Shown here piece by piece: positions 1-16,500 of a DNA stretch of 64,000 bases. Numbering within the stretch: the stretch's first letter is position 1; each line of letters starts with the position of its first letter. Both the position numbers and the translations under genes were made by a program. Source of the stretch: Eledone cirrhosa (Eukaryota); NCBI GenBank assembly GCA_964016885.1, contig OZ024756.1, forward strand, positions 42,904,001 to 42,968,000, in the 5' to 3' direction. The notes beneath the pieces were generated by a model that was not told the DNA's origin, did no database searches, and saw only the letters and a program-made list of their open reading frames with translations.

Positions 1-1150
1 ACTAGAGACAGACATTGGACACACTAGAGACAGACATTGGACACACTAGAGACAGACATTGGTCACACACTAGAGACAGACATTGGACACACACTAGAGA
101 CAGACATTAGACACACACTAGAGACAGACATTGGACACACACTAGAGACAGACATTGGACACACACTAGAGACAGACATTGGACACACACTAGAGACAGA
201 CATTGGACACACACTAGAGACAGACATTGGCACACACACTAGAGACAGACATTAGACACACACTAGAGACAGACATTGGACACACACACTAGGGACAGAC
301 ATTGGACACACACTAGAGACAGACATTGGATACACACTAGAGACAGACATTGGACACACTAGAGACAGACATTGGGCACACGCTAGAGACTGACATTGGA
401 CACACACTAGAGACAGACATTGGAGACACTAGAGACAGACATTGGACACACACACTAGTGACAGACATTGGACACACACTAGAGACAGACATTGGACACA
501 CACCAGAGACAGACATTGGACACACACTAGAGACAGACATTGGACACACACTAGAGACAGACATTGGACACACACTAGAGACAGACATTGGACACACACT
601 AGAGAAAAACATTTGACACACACTAGAGACAGACATTGGACACACACACTAGAGACAGACATTGGACACACACTAGAGACAGACGTTGGACACACACACT
701 AGAGACAGACATTCGACACACACAAGAGACAGACATTGTACACACTAGAGACAGACATTTGACACACACTAGAGACAGACGTTGGACACACACACTAGAG
801 ACAGACATTGGACACACACTAGAGACAGACATTGGACACACTAGAGTCAGACATTGGACACACACACTAGAGACAGACATTAGACACACACTAGAGACAG
901 ACATTGGAGACACACTAGAAAGAGACATTGGACATACACTAGAGACTTACATTGGACACACACTAGAGACAGACATTGGAGACACACTAGAGACAGACAT
1001 TGGACACACACTATAGACAGACATTGGACACACACTAGAGACAGACAATGGACACACACTAGAGACAGACATTGGAGACACACTAGAGACAGACATTGGA
1101 CACACACTAGAGACAGACATTGGACACACACACTAGGGACAGACATTGGA
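1..1150. repeat. Block repeated at ~8566-9740 (offset 8565-8589) and partly at ~4536-5190
   Basis: ORF pairs 350/8915 and 636/9201. Private variant GAGACTTAC at 942/9531. A 25-bp monomer (TTGGCACACACAC) occurs near 227, 4762 and 8792. Confidence 0.85.
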
Positions 1151-1169
1151 CACACACTAGAGACAGACA

Positions 1170-4100
1170 TTGGACACACACTAGAGACAGACAATGGACA
1201 CACACTAGAGAAAAACATTTGACACACACTAGAGACAGACATTGGACACACACACTAGAGACAGACATTGGACACACACTAGAGACAGACATTGGACACA
1301 CAGTAGAGACAGACATTGGACACACACACTCGAGACAGACATTAGACACACACTAGCGACAGACATTGGACACACACCAAAGACAGACATTGGAGACACA
1401 CTAGATACAGACATTGGACACACACTAGAGACAGACATTGGACACACACTAGAGACAGACATTGGACACACACCAGAGACAGATATTGGACACACACTAG
1501 AAACAGACATTGGAGACACACTAGAGACAGACATTGGACACACACTAGAGACAGACATTTGACACACATTAGAGACAGAGATTGGATACATACTAGAGAC
1601 AGACATTGGACACACACTAGAGACAGACATCGGACACACACCAGAGACAGACATTGGACACAAACCAGAGACAGACATTGGACACACACTAGAGACAGAC
1701 ATTGGACACACACTAGAGACAGACATTGGACACACACCAAATACAGACATTGGACACACACAAGAGACAGACATTGGACACACACTAGAGACAGACATTG
1801 GACACACACTAGAGACAGACATTGGACACACTAGAGACAGACATTGGACACACTAGAGACAGACATTGGTCACACACTAGAGACAGACATTAGACACACA
1901 CTAGAGAGAGACATTAGACACACACTAGAGACAGACATTGGACACACACTAGAGACAGACATTGGACACACATTAGAGACAGACGTTGGACACACATTAG
2001 AAACAGACATTGGACACACACTAGAGACAGACATTGGACACACACTAGAGAAAGACATTGGACACACTAGAGACAGACATTGGACACACTAGTGACAGAC
2101 ATTGGACATACACACTAGTGACATACATTGGACACACACTAGAGACAGACATTGGACACACACCAGAGACAGACATTGGACACACACCAGAGACAGACAT
2201 TGGACACACACTAGAGACAGACATTAGACACACACTAGAGACAGACATTGGACACACACCAGAGACAGACATTGGACACACACTAGAGACAGACATTGGA
2301 CACACACTAGAGACAGACATTGGACACACACCAGAGACAGACATTGGACACAAACCAGAGACAGACATTGGACACACACTAGAGACAGACATTGGACACA
2401 CACTAGAGACAGACATTGGACACACACCAAAGACAGACATTGGACACACACAAGAGACAGACATTGGACACACACTAGAGACAGACATTGGACACACACT
2501 AGAGACAGACATTGGACACACTAGAGACAGACATTGGACACACTAGAGACAGACATTGGTCACACACTAGAGACAGACATTAGACACACACTAGAGACAG
2601 ACATTAGACACACACTAGAGACAGACATTGGACACACACTAGAGACAGACATTGGACACACACTAGAGACAGACATTGAACACACAGTAAAGACAGACAT
2701 TGGACACACACTAGAGACAGACATTGGACACACACTAGAGACAGACATTGGACACACTAGAGACAGACATTGGACACACTAGAGACAGACATTGGTCACA
2801 CACTAGAGACAAACATTGGACACACACTAGAGACAGACATTAGACACACACTAGAGACAGACATTAGACACACACTAGAGACAGACATTGGACACACACT
2901 AGAGACAGACATTGGACACACATTAGAGACAGACGTTGGACACACATTAGAGACAGACATTGGACACACACTAGAGACAGACATTGGACACACTAGAGAG
3001 AGACATTGGACACACTAGAGACAGACATTGGTCACACACTAGAGACAGACATTGGACACAAACCAGAGACAGACATTGGACACACACTAGAGACAGACAT
3101 TGGACACACACTAGAGACAGACATTGGACACACACCAAATACAGACATTGGACACACACAAGAGACAGACATTGGACACACACTAGAGACAGACATTGGA
3201 CACACACTAGAGACAGACATTGGACACACTAGAGACAGACATTGGACACACTAGAGACAGACATTGGACACACTAGAGACAGACATTGGTCACACACTAG
3301 AGACAGACATTGGACACACACTAGAGACAGACATTAGACACACACTAGAGACAGACATTAGACACACACTAGAGACAGACATTGGACACACACTAGAGAC
3401 AGACATTGGACACACATTAGAGACAGACGTTGGACACACATTAGAGACAGACATTGGACACACACTAGAGACAGACATTGGACACACACTAGAGAAAGAC
3501 ATTGGACACACTAGAGACAGACATTGGACACACTAGTGACAGACATTGGACATACACACTAGTGACATACATTGGACACACACTAGAGACAGACATTGGA
3601 CACACACCAGAGACAGACATTGGACACACACCAGAGACAGACATTGGACACACACTAGAGACAGACATTAGACACACACTAGAGACAGACATTGGACACA
3701 CACCAGAGACAGACATTGGACACACACTAGAGACAGACATTGGACACACACTAGAGACAGACATTGGACACACACCAGAGACAGACATTGGACACAAACC
3801 AGAGACAGACATTGGACACACACTAGAGACAGACATTGGACACACACTAGAGACAGACATTGGACACACACCAAAGACAGACATTGGACACACACAAGAG
3901 ACAGACATTGGACACACACTAGAGACAGACATTGGACACACACTAGAGACAGACATTGGACACACTAGAGACAGACATTGGACACACTAGAGACAGACAT
4001 TGGTCACACACTAGAGACAGACATTGGACACACACTAGAGACAGACATTAGACACACACTAGAGACAGACATTGGACACACACTAGAGACAGACATTGGA

Positions 4101-7100
4101 CACACACTAGAGACAGACATTGAACACACAGTAAAGACAGACATTGGACACACACTAGAGACAGACATTGGACACACTAGAGACAGACATTGGACACACA
4201 CTAGAGACAGACATTGGACACACACTAGAGACAGACATTGGACACACACTAGAGACAGACATTGGAGACACACTAGAGCCAGACATTGGACACACACTAT
4301 AGACAGACATTGGACACACACTAGAGACAGACATTGGACACACACTAGGGACAGACATTGGAGACACACTAGAGACAGAAATTGGACACACACTAGAGAC
4401 AGACATTGTACACACACCAGAGACAGACATTGGACACACACCAGAGACAGACATTGGACACAGACTAGAGACAGACATTGGACACACACTAGAGACAGAC
4501 ATTGGACACACACCAGAGACAGACATTTGACACACACTAGAGACAGACATTGGACACACTAGAGACAGACATTGGACACACTAGAGACAGACATTGGTCA
4601 CACACTAGAGACAGACATTGGACACACACTAGAGACAGACATTAGACACACACTAGAGACAGACATTGGACACACACTAGAGACAGACATTGGACACACA
4701 CTAGAGACAGACATTGGAAACACACTAGAGACAGACATTGGACACACACTAAAGACAGACATTGGCACACACACTAGAGACAGACATTAGACACACACTA
4801 GAGACAGACATTGGACACACACACTAGGGACAGACATTGGACACACACTAGAGACAGACATTGGATACACACTAGAGACAGACATTGGACACACTAGAGA
4901 CAGACATTGGGCACACGCTAGAGACTGACATTGGACACACACTAGAGACAGACATTTGGAGACACTAGAGACAGACATTGGACACACACACTAGTGACAG
5001 ACATTGGACACACACTAGAGACAGACATTGGACACACACCAGAGACAGACATTGGACACACACTAGAGACAGACATTGGACACACACTAGAGACAGACAT
5101 TGGACACACACTAGAGACAGACATTGGACACACACTAGAGAAAAACATTTGACACACACTAGAGACAGACATTGGACACACACTAGAGACAGACATTGGA
5201 CACAGACACTAGAGAAAGACATTGGACACACACTAGAGACAGACAATGGACACACACTAGAGAAAAACATTTGACACACACTAGAGACAGACATTGGACA
5301 CACACACTAGAGACAGACATTGGACACACACTAGAGACAGACATTGGACACACAGTAGAGACAGACATTGGACACACACACTCGAGACAGACATTAGACA
5401 CACACTAGCGACAGACATTGGACACACACCAAAGACAGACATTGGACACACACTAGATACAGACATTGGACACACACTAGAGACAGACATTGGACACACA
5501 CTAGAGACAGACATTGGACACACACCAGAGACAGATATTGGACACACACTAGAAACAGACATTGGAGACACACTAGAGACAGACATTGGACACACACTAG
5601 AGACAGACATTTGACACACATTAGAGACAGAGATTGGATACATACTAGAGACAGACATTGGACACACACTAGAGACAGACATCGGACACACACCAGAGAC
5701 AGACATTGGACACAAACCAGAGACAGACATTGGACACACACTAGAGACAGACATTGGACACACACTAGAGACAGACATTGGACACACACCAAATACAGAC
5801 ATTGGACACACACAAGAGACAGACATTGGACACACACTAGAGACAGACATTGGACACACACTAGAGACAGACATTGGACACACTAGAGACAGACATTGGA
5901 CACACTAGAGACAGACATTGGTCACACACTAGAGACAGACATTAGACACACACTAGAGACAGACATTAGACACACACTAGAGACAGACATTGGACACACA
6001 CTAGAGACAGACATTGGACACACATTAGAGACAGACGTTGGACACACATTAGAAACAGACATTGGACACACACTAGAGACAGACATTGGACACACACTAG
6101 AGAAAGACATTGGACACACTAGAGACAGACATTGGACACACTAGTGACAGACATTGGACATACACACTAGTGACATACATTGGACACACACTAGAGACAG
6201 ACATTGGACACACACCAGAGACAGACATTGGACACACACCAGAGACAGACATTGGACACACACTAGAGACATACATTAGACACACACTAGAGACAGACAT
6301 TGGACACACACCAGAGACAGACATTGGACACACACTAGAGACAGACATTGGACACACACTAGAGACAGACATTGGACACACACCAGAGACAGACATTGGA
6401 CACAAACCAGAGACAGACATTGGACACACACTAGAGACAGACATTGGACACACACTAGAGACAGACATTGGACACACACCAAAGACAGACATTGGACACA
6501 CACAAGAGACAGACATTGGACACACACTAGAGACAGACATTGGACACACACTAGAGACAGACATTGGACACACTAGAGACAGACATTGGACACACTAGAG
6601 ACAGACATTGGTCACACACTAGAGACAGACATTAGACACACACTAGAGACAGACATTAGACACACACTAGAGACAGACATTGGACACACACTAGAGACAG
6701 ACATTGGACACACACTAGAGACAGACATTGAACACACAGTAAAGACAGACATTGGACACACACTAGAGACAGACATTGGACACACACTAGAGACATACAT
6801 TGGACACACTAGAGACAGACATTGGACAAACTAGAGACAGACATTGGTCACACACTAGAGACAGACATTGGACACACACTAGAGACAGACATTAGACACA
6901 CACTAGAGACAGACATTAGACACACACTAGAGACAGACATTGGACACACACTAGAGACAGACATTGGACACACATTAGAGACAGACGTTGGACACACATT
7001 AGAGACAGACATTGGACACACACTAGAGACAGACATTGGACACACTAGAGACAGACATTGGACACACTAGAGACAGACATTGGTCACACACTAGAGACAG

Positions 7101-9220
7101 ACATTGGACACAAACCAGAGACAGACATTGGACACACACTAGAGACAGACATTGGACACACACTAGAGACAGACATTGGACACACACCAAATACAGACAT
7201 TGGACACACACAAGAGACAGACATTGGACACACACTAGAGACAGACATTGGACACACACTAGAGACAGACATTGGACACACTAGAGACAGACATTGGACA
7301 CACTAGAGACAGACATTGGTCACACACTAGAGACAGACATTGGACACACACTAGAGACAGACATTAGACACACACTAGAGACAGACATTAGACACACACT
7401 AGAGACAGACATTGGACACACACTAGAGACAGACATTGGACACACATTAGAGACAGACGTTGGACACACATTAGAGACAGACATTGGACACACACTAGAG
7501 ACAGACATTGGACACACACTAGAGAAAGACATTGGACACACTAGAGACAGACATTGGACACACTAGTGACAGACATTGGACATACACACTAGTGACATAC
7601 ATTGGACACACACTAGAGACAGACATTGGACACACACCAGAGACAGACATTGGACACACACCAGAGACAGACATTGGACACACACTAGAGACAGACATTA
7701 GACACACACTAGAGACAGACATTGGACACACACCAGAGACAGACATTGGACACACACTAGAGACAGACATTGGACACACACTAGAGACAGACATTGGACA
7801 CACACCAGAGACAGACATTGGACACAAACCAGAGACAGACATTGGACACACACTAGAGACAGACATTGGACACACACTAGAGACAGACATTGGACACACA
7901 CCAAAGACAGACATTGGACACACACAAGAGACAGACATTGGACACACACTAGAGACAGACATTGGACACACACTAGAGACAGACATTGGACACACTAGAG
8001 ACAGACATTGGACACACTAGAGACAGACATTGGTCACACACTAGAGACAGACATTGGACACACACTAGAGACAGACATTAGACACACACTAGAGACAGAC
8101 ATTGGACACACACTAGAGACAGACATTGGACACACACTAGAGACAGACATTGAACACACAGTAAAGACAGACATTGGACACACACTAGAGACAGACATTG
8201 GACACACTAGAGACAGACATTGGACACACACTAGAGACAGACATTGGACACACACTAGAGACAGACATTGGACACACACTAGAGACAGACATTGGAGACA
8301 CACTAGAGCCAGACATTGGACACACACTATAGACAGACATTGGACACACACTAGAGACAGACATTGGACACACACTAGGGACAGACATTGGAGACACACT
8401 AGAGACAGAAATTGGACACACACTAGAGACAGACATTGGACACACACCAGAGACAGACATTGGACACACACCAGAGACAGACATTGGACACAGACTAGAG
8501 ACAGACATTGGACACACACTAGAGACAGACATTGGACACACACCAGAGACAGACATTGGACACACACTAGAGACAGACATTGGACACACTAGAGACAGAC
8601 ATTGGACACACTAGAGACAGACATTGGTCACACACTAGAGACAGACATTGGACACACACTAGAGACAGACATTAGACACACACTAGAGACAGACATTGGA
8701 CACACACTAGAGACAGACATTGGACACACACTAGAGACAGACATTGGAAACACACTAGAGACAGACATTGGACACACACTAGAGACAGACATTGGCACAC
8801 ACACTAGAGACAGACATTAGACACACACTAGAGACAGACATTGGACACACACACTAGGGACAGACATTGGACACACACTAGAGACAGACATTGGATACAC
8901 ACTAGAGACAGACATTGGACACACTAGAGACAGACATTGGGCACACGCTAGAGACTGACATTGGACACACACTAGAGACAGACATTGGAGACACTAGAGA
9001 CAGACATTGGACACACACACTAGTGACAGACATTGGACACACACTAGAGACAGACATTGGACACACACCAGAGACAGACATTGGACACACACTAGAGACA
9101 GACATTGAACACACACTAGAGACAGACATTGGACACACACTAGAGACAGACATTGGACACACACTAGAGAAAAACATTTGACACACACTAGAGACAGACA
9201 TTGGACACACACACTAGAGA
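1170..9220. repeat. ~4.05 kb tandem duplication (copy 1 ~1170-5190, copy 2 ~5220-9220)
   Basis: Identical or near-identical ORF pairs at offset 4052 (1242/5294, 2058/6110) and then 4030 (3502/7532, 3978/8008, 4572/8602). Marker ACAATGG at 1191/5243. Boundaries are approximate. Confidence 0.9.
1840..4200. repeat. ~1.44 kb sub-period nested inside the 4.05 kb unit
   Basis: ORFs 2058..2546 and 3502..3990 are identical (offset 1444). Marker TTGAACACACAGTAAAG at 2676 and 4120. Confidence 0.8.
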
Positions 9221-12009
9221 CAGACATTGGACACACACTAGAGACAGACGTTGGACACACACACTAGAGACAGACATTCGACACACACAAGAGACAGACA
9301 TTGTACACACTAGAGACAGACATTTGACACACACTAGAGACAGACGTTGGACACACACACTAGAGACAGACATTGGACACACACTAGAGACAGACATTGG
9401 ACACACTAGAGTCAGACATTGGACACACACACTAGAGACAGACATTAGACACACACTAGAGACAGACATTGGACACACACTAGGGACAGACATTGGAGAC
9501 ACACTAGAAAGAGACATTGGACATACACTAGAGACTTACATTGGACACACACTAGAGACAGACATTGGAGACACACTAGAGACAGACATTGGACACACAC
9601 TATAGACAGACATTGGACACACACTAGAGACAGACAATGGACACACACTAGAGACAGACATTGGAGACACACTAGAGACAGACATTGGACACACACTAGA
9701 GACAGACATTGGACACACACACTAGGGACAGACATTGGACACACACTATAGACAGACATTGGATACACACTAGAGACAGACATTGGACACACTAGAGACA
9801 GACATTGGGTACACACTAGAGACTGACACTGGACACACACTAGAGACAGACATTGAAGACACTAGAGACAGACATTGGACACACACAATAGTGACAGACA
9901 TTGGACACACACTAGAGACAGACATTGGACACACACTAGAGACAGACATTGGACACACACCAGAGACAGACATTGGACACACACTAGAGACAGACATTGG
10001 ACACACACTAGAGACAGACATTGGACACACACCAAAGACAGACATTGGACACACACAAGAGACAGACATTGGACACACTAGAGACAGACATTGGGCACAC
10101 ACTAGAGACTGACATTGGACACACACTAGAGACAGACATTGGAGACACTAGAGACAGACATTGGACACACACACTAGTGACAGACATTGGACACACACTA
10201 GAGACAGACTTTGGACACACACCAGAGACAGACATTGGACACACACTAGAGACAGACATTGGACACACACTAGAGACAGACATTGGACACACACCAAAGA
10301 CAGACATTGGACACACACAAGAGACAGACATTGGACACACACCAGAGACAGACATTGGACACACACTAGAGACAGACATTGGACACACACTAGAGACAGA
10401 CATTGGACACACACACTAGAGACAGACATTGGATACACACTAGAGACAGACATTGGACACACATTAGAAACAGACATTGGACACACACCAGAGACAGACA
10501 TTGGACACACACCAGAGACAGACATTGGACACACTAGAGACAGACATTGGACACACTAGAGACAGACATTCGACATACACTCTAGAGACAGATATTGGAG
10601 ACACACTAGAGACAGACATTGGACACACACTAGAGACAGACATTGGAGACACACTAGAGACAGACATTGGACACACACTAGAGACAGACATTGGACACAC
10701 ACCAGAGACAGACATTGGACACACACCAGAGACAGACATTGGACACACACTAGAGACAGACATTGGACACACACCAGAGACAGACATTGGACACACACTA
10801 GAGAAAGACATTGGACACACACTAGAGACAGACATTGGACACACACGCTAGAGACAGACATTGGACACACACACTAGAGACAGACATTGGACACACACTA
10901 GAGACAGACATTGGACACACACACTAGTGACAGACATTGGACACACACTAGAGACAGACATTAGACACACATTAGAGACAGACATTGGACACACACTAGA
11001 GACAGGCATTGGACACACACTAGAGAGAGACATTGGACACACACTAGAGACTGACATTGGACACACACTAGAGACAGACATTGTACACACACTAGAGACA
11101 GACATTGAACACACAGTAAAGACAGACATTGGACACACACTAGAGACAGACATTGGACACACTAGAGACAGACATTGGACACACACTAGAGACAGACATT
11201 GGACACACACTAGAGACAGATATTGGACACACATTAGAGACAGAGATTAGACACACACTAGAGACAGACATTGGACACACACTAGAGACAGACATTGGAC
11301 ACACACTAGAGACAGACATTGAACAAACACTATAGACAGACATTGGAGACACACTAGAGACAGACATTGGACACACTAGAGACAGACATTGGACACACAC
11401 TAGAGACAGACATTGTACACACTAGAGACAGACATTTGACACACACTAGAGACAGACGTTGGACACACACACTAGAGACAGACATTGGACACACACTAGA
11501 GACAGACATTGGACACACTAGAGACAGACATTGGACACACACACTAGAGACAGACATTAGACACACACTAGAGACAGACATTGGACACACACTAGGGACA
11601 GACATTGGAGACACACTAGAAAGAGACATTGGACATACACTAGAGACAGACATTGGACACACACTAGATACAGACATTGGACACACACCAGAGACAGACA
11701 TTGGACACACACTAGAGACAGACATTGGAGACACACTAGAGACAGACATTTGACAGACACTAGAGACAGACATTGGACACACACCAGAGACAGACATTGG
11801 ACACACACTAGAGACAGACATTGGACACACACTAGAGACAGACATTGGACACACACTAGAGACAGACATTGGACACACACACTAGGGACAGACATTGGAC
11901 ACACACTAGAGACAGACATTGGACACACACTAGAGACAGACATTGGATACACACTAGAGACAGACATTGGACACACTAGAGACAGACATTGGGCACACAC
12001 TAGAGACTG

Positions 12010-13500
12010 ACATTGGACACACACTAGAGACAGACATTGGAGACACTAGAGATAGACATTGGACACACACACTAGTGACAGACATCGGACACACACTAGA
12101 GACAGACATTGAACACACAGTAAAGACAGACATTGGACACACACTAGAGACAGACATTGGACACACTAGAGACAGACATTGGACACACACTAGAGACAGA
12201 CATTGGACACACTAGAGACAGACATTGGACACACACTAGAGACAGACATTGGACACAGACACTAGAGAAAGACATTGGACACACACTAGAGACAGACATT
12301 GGACACACACTAGAGACAGACATTGGAGACACACTAGAGAAAGACATTGGACACACACTAGAGACAGACATTGGACACACACCAGAGACAAACATTGGAC
12401 ACACACCGGAGACAGACATTGGACACACACTAGAGACAGACATTGGACACACACTAGAGACAGACATTGGACACACACCAAAGACAGACATTGGACACAC
12501 ACTAGAGACAGACATTGGACACACACTAGAGACAGACATTGGACACACACTAGAGACAGACATTGGACACACACACTAGAGACAGACATTGGACACACAC
12601 ACTAGAGACAGACATTGGACACACACACTCGAGACAGACATTGGATACAAACTAGAAACAGACATTGGACACACATTAGAAACAGACATTGGACACACAC
12701 CAGAGACAGACATTGGACACACACTAGAGACAGACATTGGAGACACTAGAGATAGACATTGGACACACACACTAGTGACAGACATCGGACACACACTAGA
12801 GACAGACATTGAACACACAGTAAAGACAGACATTGGACACACACTAGAGACAGACATTGGACACACTAGAGACAGACATTGGACACACACTAGAGACAGA
12901 CATTGGACACACTAGAGACAGACATTGGACACACACTAGAGACAGACATTGGACACAGACACTAGAGAAAGACATTGGACACACACTAGAGACAGACATT
13001 GGACACACACTGGAGACAGACATTGGAGACACACTAGAGAAAGACATTGGACACACACTAGAGACAGACATTGGACACACACCAGAGACAAACATTGGAC
13101 ACACACCAGAGACAGACATTGGACACACACTAGAGACAGACATTGGACACACACTAGAGACAGACATTGGACACACACCAAAGACAGACATTGGACACAC
13201 ACTAGAGACAGACATTGGACACACACTAGAGACAGACATTGGACACACACTAGAGACAGACATTGGACACACACACTAGAGACAGACATTGGACACACAC
13301 ACTAGAGACAGACATTGGACACACACACTCGAGACAGACATTGGATACACACTAGAAACAGACATTGGACACACATTAGAAACAGACATTGGACACACAC
13401 CAGAGACAGACATTGGACACACACTAGAGACAGACATTGGAGACACTAGAGATAGACATTGGACACACACGCTAGTGACAGACATCGGACACACACTAGA
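12010..13500. repeat. 700-bp tandem repeat, ~2.1 copies
   Basis: ORFs 12157/12857, 12249/12949 and 12589/13289 at offset 700. The GATAGACATT variant occurs at 12051, 12751 and 13451. Confidence 0.9.
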
Positions 13501-16500
13501 GACAGACATTGGACACACACCAAAGACAGACATTGGACACACACAAGAGACAGACATTGGACACACACCAGAGACAGACATTGGACACACACTAGAGACA
13601 GACATTGGACACACACTAGAGACAGACATTGGACACACACACTAGAGACAGACATTGGATACACACTAGAGACAGACATTGGACACACATTAGAAACAGA
13701 CATTGGACACACACCAGGGACAGACATTGGACACACACCAGAGACAGACATTGGACACACTAGAGACAGACATTGGACACACTAGAGACAGACATTCGAC
13801 ATACACTCTAGAGACAGACATTGGAGACACACTAGAGACAGACATTGGACACACACTAGAGACAGACATTGGAGACACACTAGAGACAGACATTGGACAC
13901 ACACCAGAGACAGACATTGGACACACACCAGAGACAGACATTGGACACACACTAGAGACAGACATTGGACACACACCAGAGACAGACATTGGAGACACAC
14001 TAGAGACAGACATTGGACACACACTAGAGACAGACATTGGACACACACGCTAGAGACAGACATTGGACACACACACTAGAGACAGACATTGGACACACAC
14101 TAGAGACAGACATTGGACACACACACTAGTGACAGACATTGGACGCACACTAGAGACAGACATTAGACACACATTAGAGACAGACATTCGACATACACTC
14201 TAGAGACAGACATTGGAGACACACTAGAGACAGACATTGGACACACACTAGAGACAGACATTGGACACACACGCTAGAGACAGACATTGGACACACACAC
14301 TAGAGACAGACATTGGACACACACTAGAGACAGACATTGGACACACACACTAGTGACAGACATTGGACGCACACTAGAGACAGACATTAGACACACATTA
14401 GAGACAGACATTGGACACACACTAGAGACAGGCATTGGACACACACTAGAGAGAGACGTTGGACACACACTAGAGACAGATATTGGACACAAACTAGAGA
14501 AAGACATTAGACACACATTAGAGACAGACATTGGACACACACTAGAGACAGACATTGGACACACACTAGAGACAGGCATTGGACACACACTAGAGAGAGA
14601 CATTGGACACACACTAGAGACTGACATTGGACACACGCTAGAGACAGACATTGTACACACACTAGAGACAGACATTGAACACACAGTAAAGACAGACATT
14701 GGACACACACTAGAGACAGACATTGGACACACATTAGAAACAGACATTGGACACACACCAGAGACAGACATTGGACACACACCAGAAACAGACATTGGAC
14801 ACACTAGAGACAGACATTGGACACACTAGAGACAGACATTCGACATACACTCTAGAGACAGACATTGGAGACACACTAGAGACAGACATTGGACACACAC
14901 TAGAGACAGACATTGGAGACACACTAGAGACAGACATTGGACACACACTAGAGACAGACATTGGACACACACCAGAGACAGACATTGGACACACACCATA
15001 GACAGACATTGGACACACACTAGAGACAGACATTGGACACACACCAGAGACAGACATTGGACACACACTAGAGACAGACATTGGACACACACTAGAGACA
15101 GACATTGGACACACACTAGAGACAGACATTGGACACACACGCTAGAGACAGACATTGGACACACACACTAGAGACAGACATTGGACACACACTAGAGACA
15201 GACATTGGACACACACACTAGTGACAGACATTGGACACACACTAGAGACAGACATTAGACACACATTAGAGACAGACATTGGACACACACTAGAGACAGG
15301 CATTGGACACACACTAGAGAGAGACGTTGGACACACACTAGAGACAGATATTGGACACACACTAGAGAAAGACGTTAGACACACATTAGAGACAGACATT
15401 GGACACACACTAGAGACAGACATTGGACACACACTAGAGACAGGCATTGGACACACACTAGAGAGAGACATTGGACACACACTAGAGACTGACATTGGAC
15501 ACACGCTAGAGACAGACATTGTACACACACTAGAGACAGACATTGAACACACAGTAAAGACAGACATTGGACACACACTAGAGACAGACATTGGACACAC
15601 TAGAGACAGACATTGGACACACACTAGAGACAGACATTGGACACACACTAGAGACAGATATTGGACACACATTAGAGACAGAGATTAGACACACACTAGA
15701 GACAGACATTGGACACACACTAGAGACAGACATTGGACACACACTAGAGACAGACATTGAACAAACACTATAGACAGACATTGGACACACACTAAAGACA
15801 TATATTGGACACACACTAGAGACAGACATTGGAGACACACTAGAGACAGACATTGGACACACTAGAGACAGACATTGGACACACACTAGAGACAGACATT
15901 GTACACACTAGAGACAGACATTTGACACACACTAGAGACAGACGTTGGACACACACACTAGAGACAGACATTGGACACACACTAGAGACAGACATTGGAC
16001 ACACTAGAGACAGACATTGGACACACACACTAGAGACAGACATTAGACACACACTAGAGACAGACATTGGACACACACTAGGGACAGACATTGGAGACAC
16101 ACTAGAAAGAGACATTGGACATACACTAGAGACAGACATTGGACACACACTAGATACAGACATTGGACACACACCAGAGACAGACATTGGACACACACTA
16201 GAGACAGACATTGGAGACAGACATTGGACACACACCAGAGACAGACATTGGACACACACTAGAGACAGACATTGGACAGACACTAGAGACAGACATTGGA
16301 CACACACCAGAGACAGACATTGGACACACACTAGAGACAGACATTGGACACACACTAGAGACAGACATTGGACACACACTAGAGACAGACATTGGACACA
16401 CACTAGAGAAAAACTTTTGACACACACTAGAGACAGACATTGGACACACACACTAGAGACAGACATTGGACACACACTAGAGACAGACATTGGACACACA

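Noticed and set aside
4951-4962. Single extra T (GACATTTGGAGAC) shifting the register
   Set aside because: It is a singleton absent from the homologous positions near 420 and 8985, and could be a homopolymer sequencing error. The same caution applies to the 1-bp deletion near 30487.
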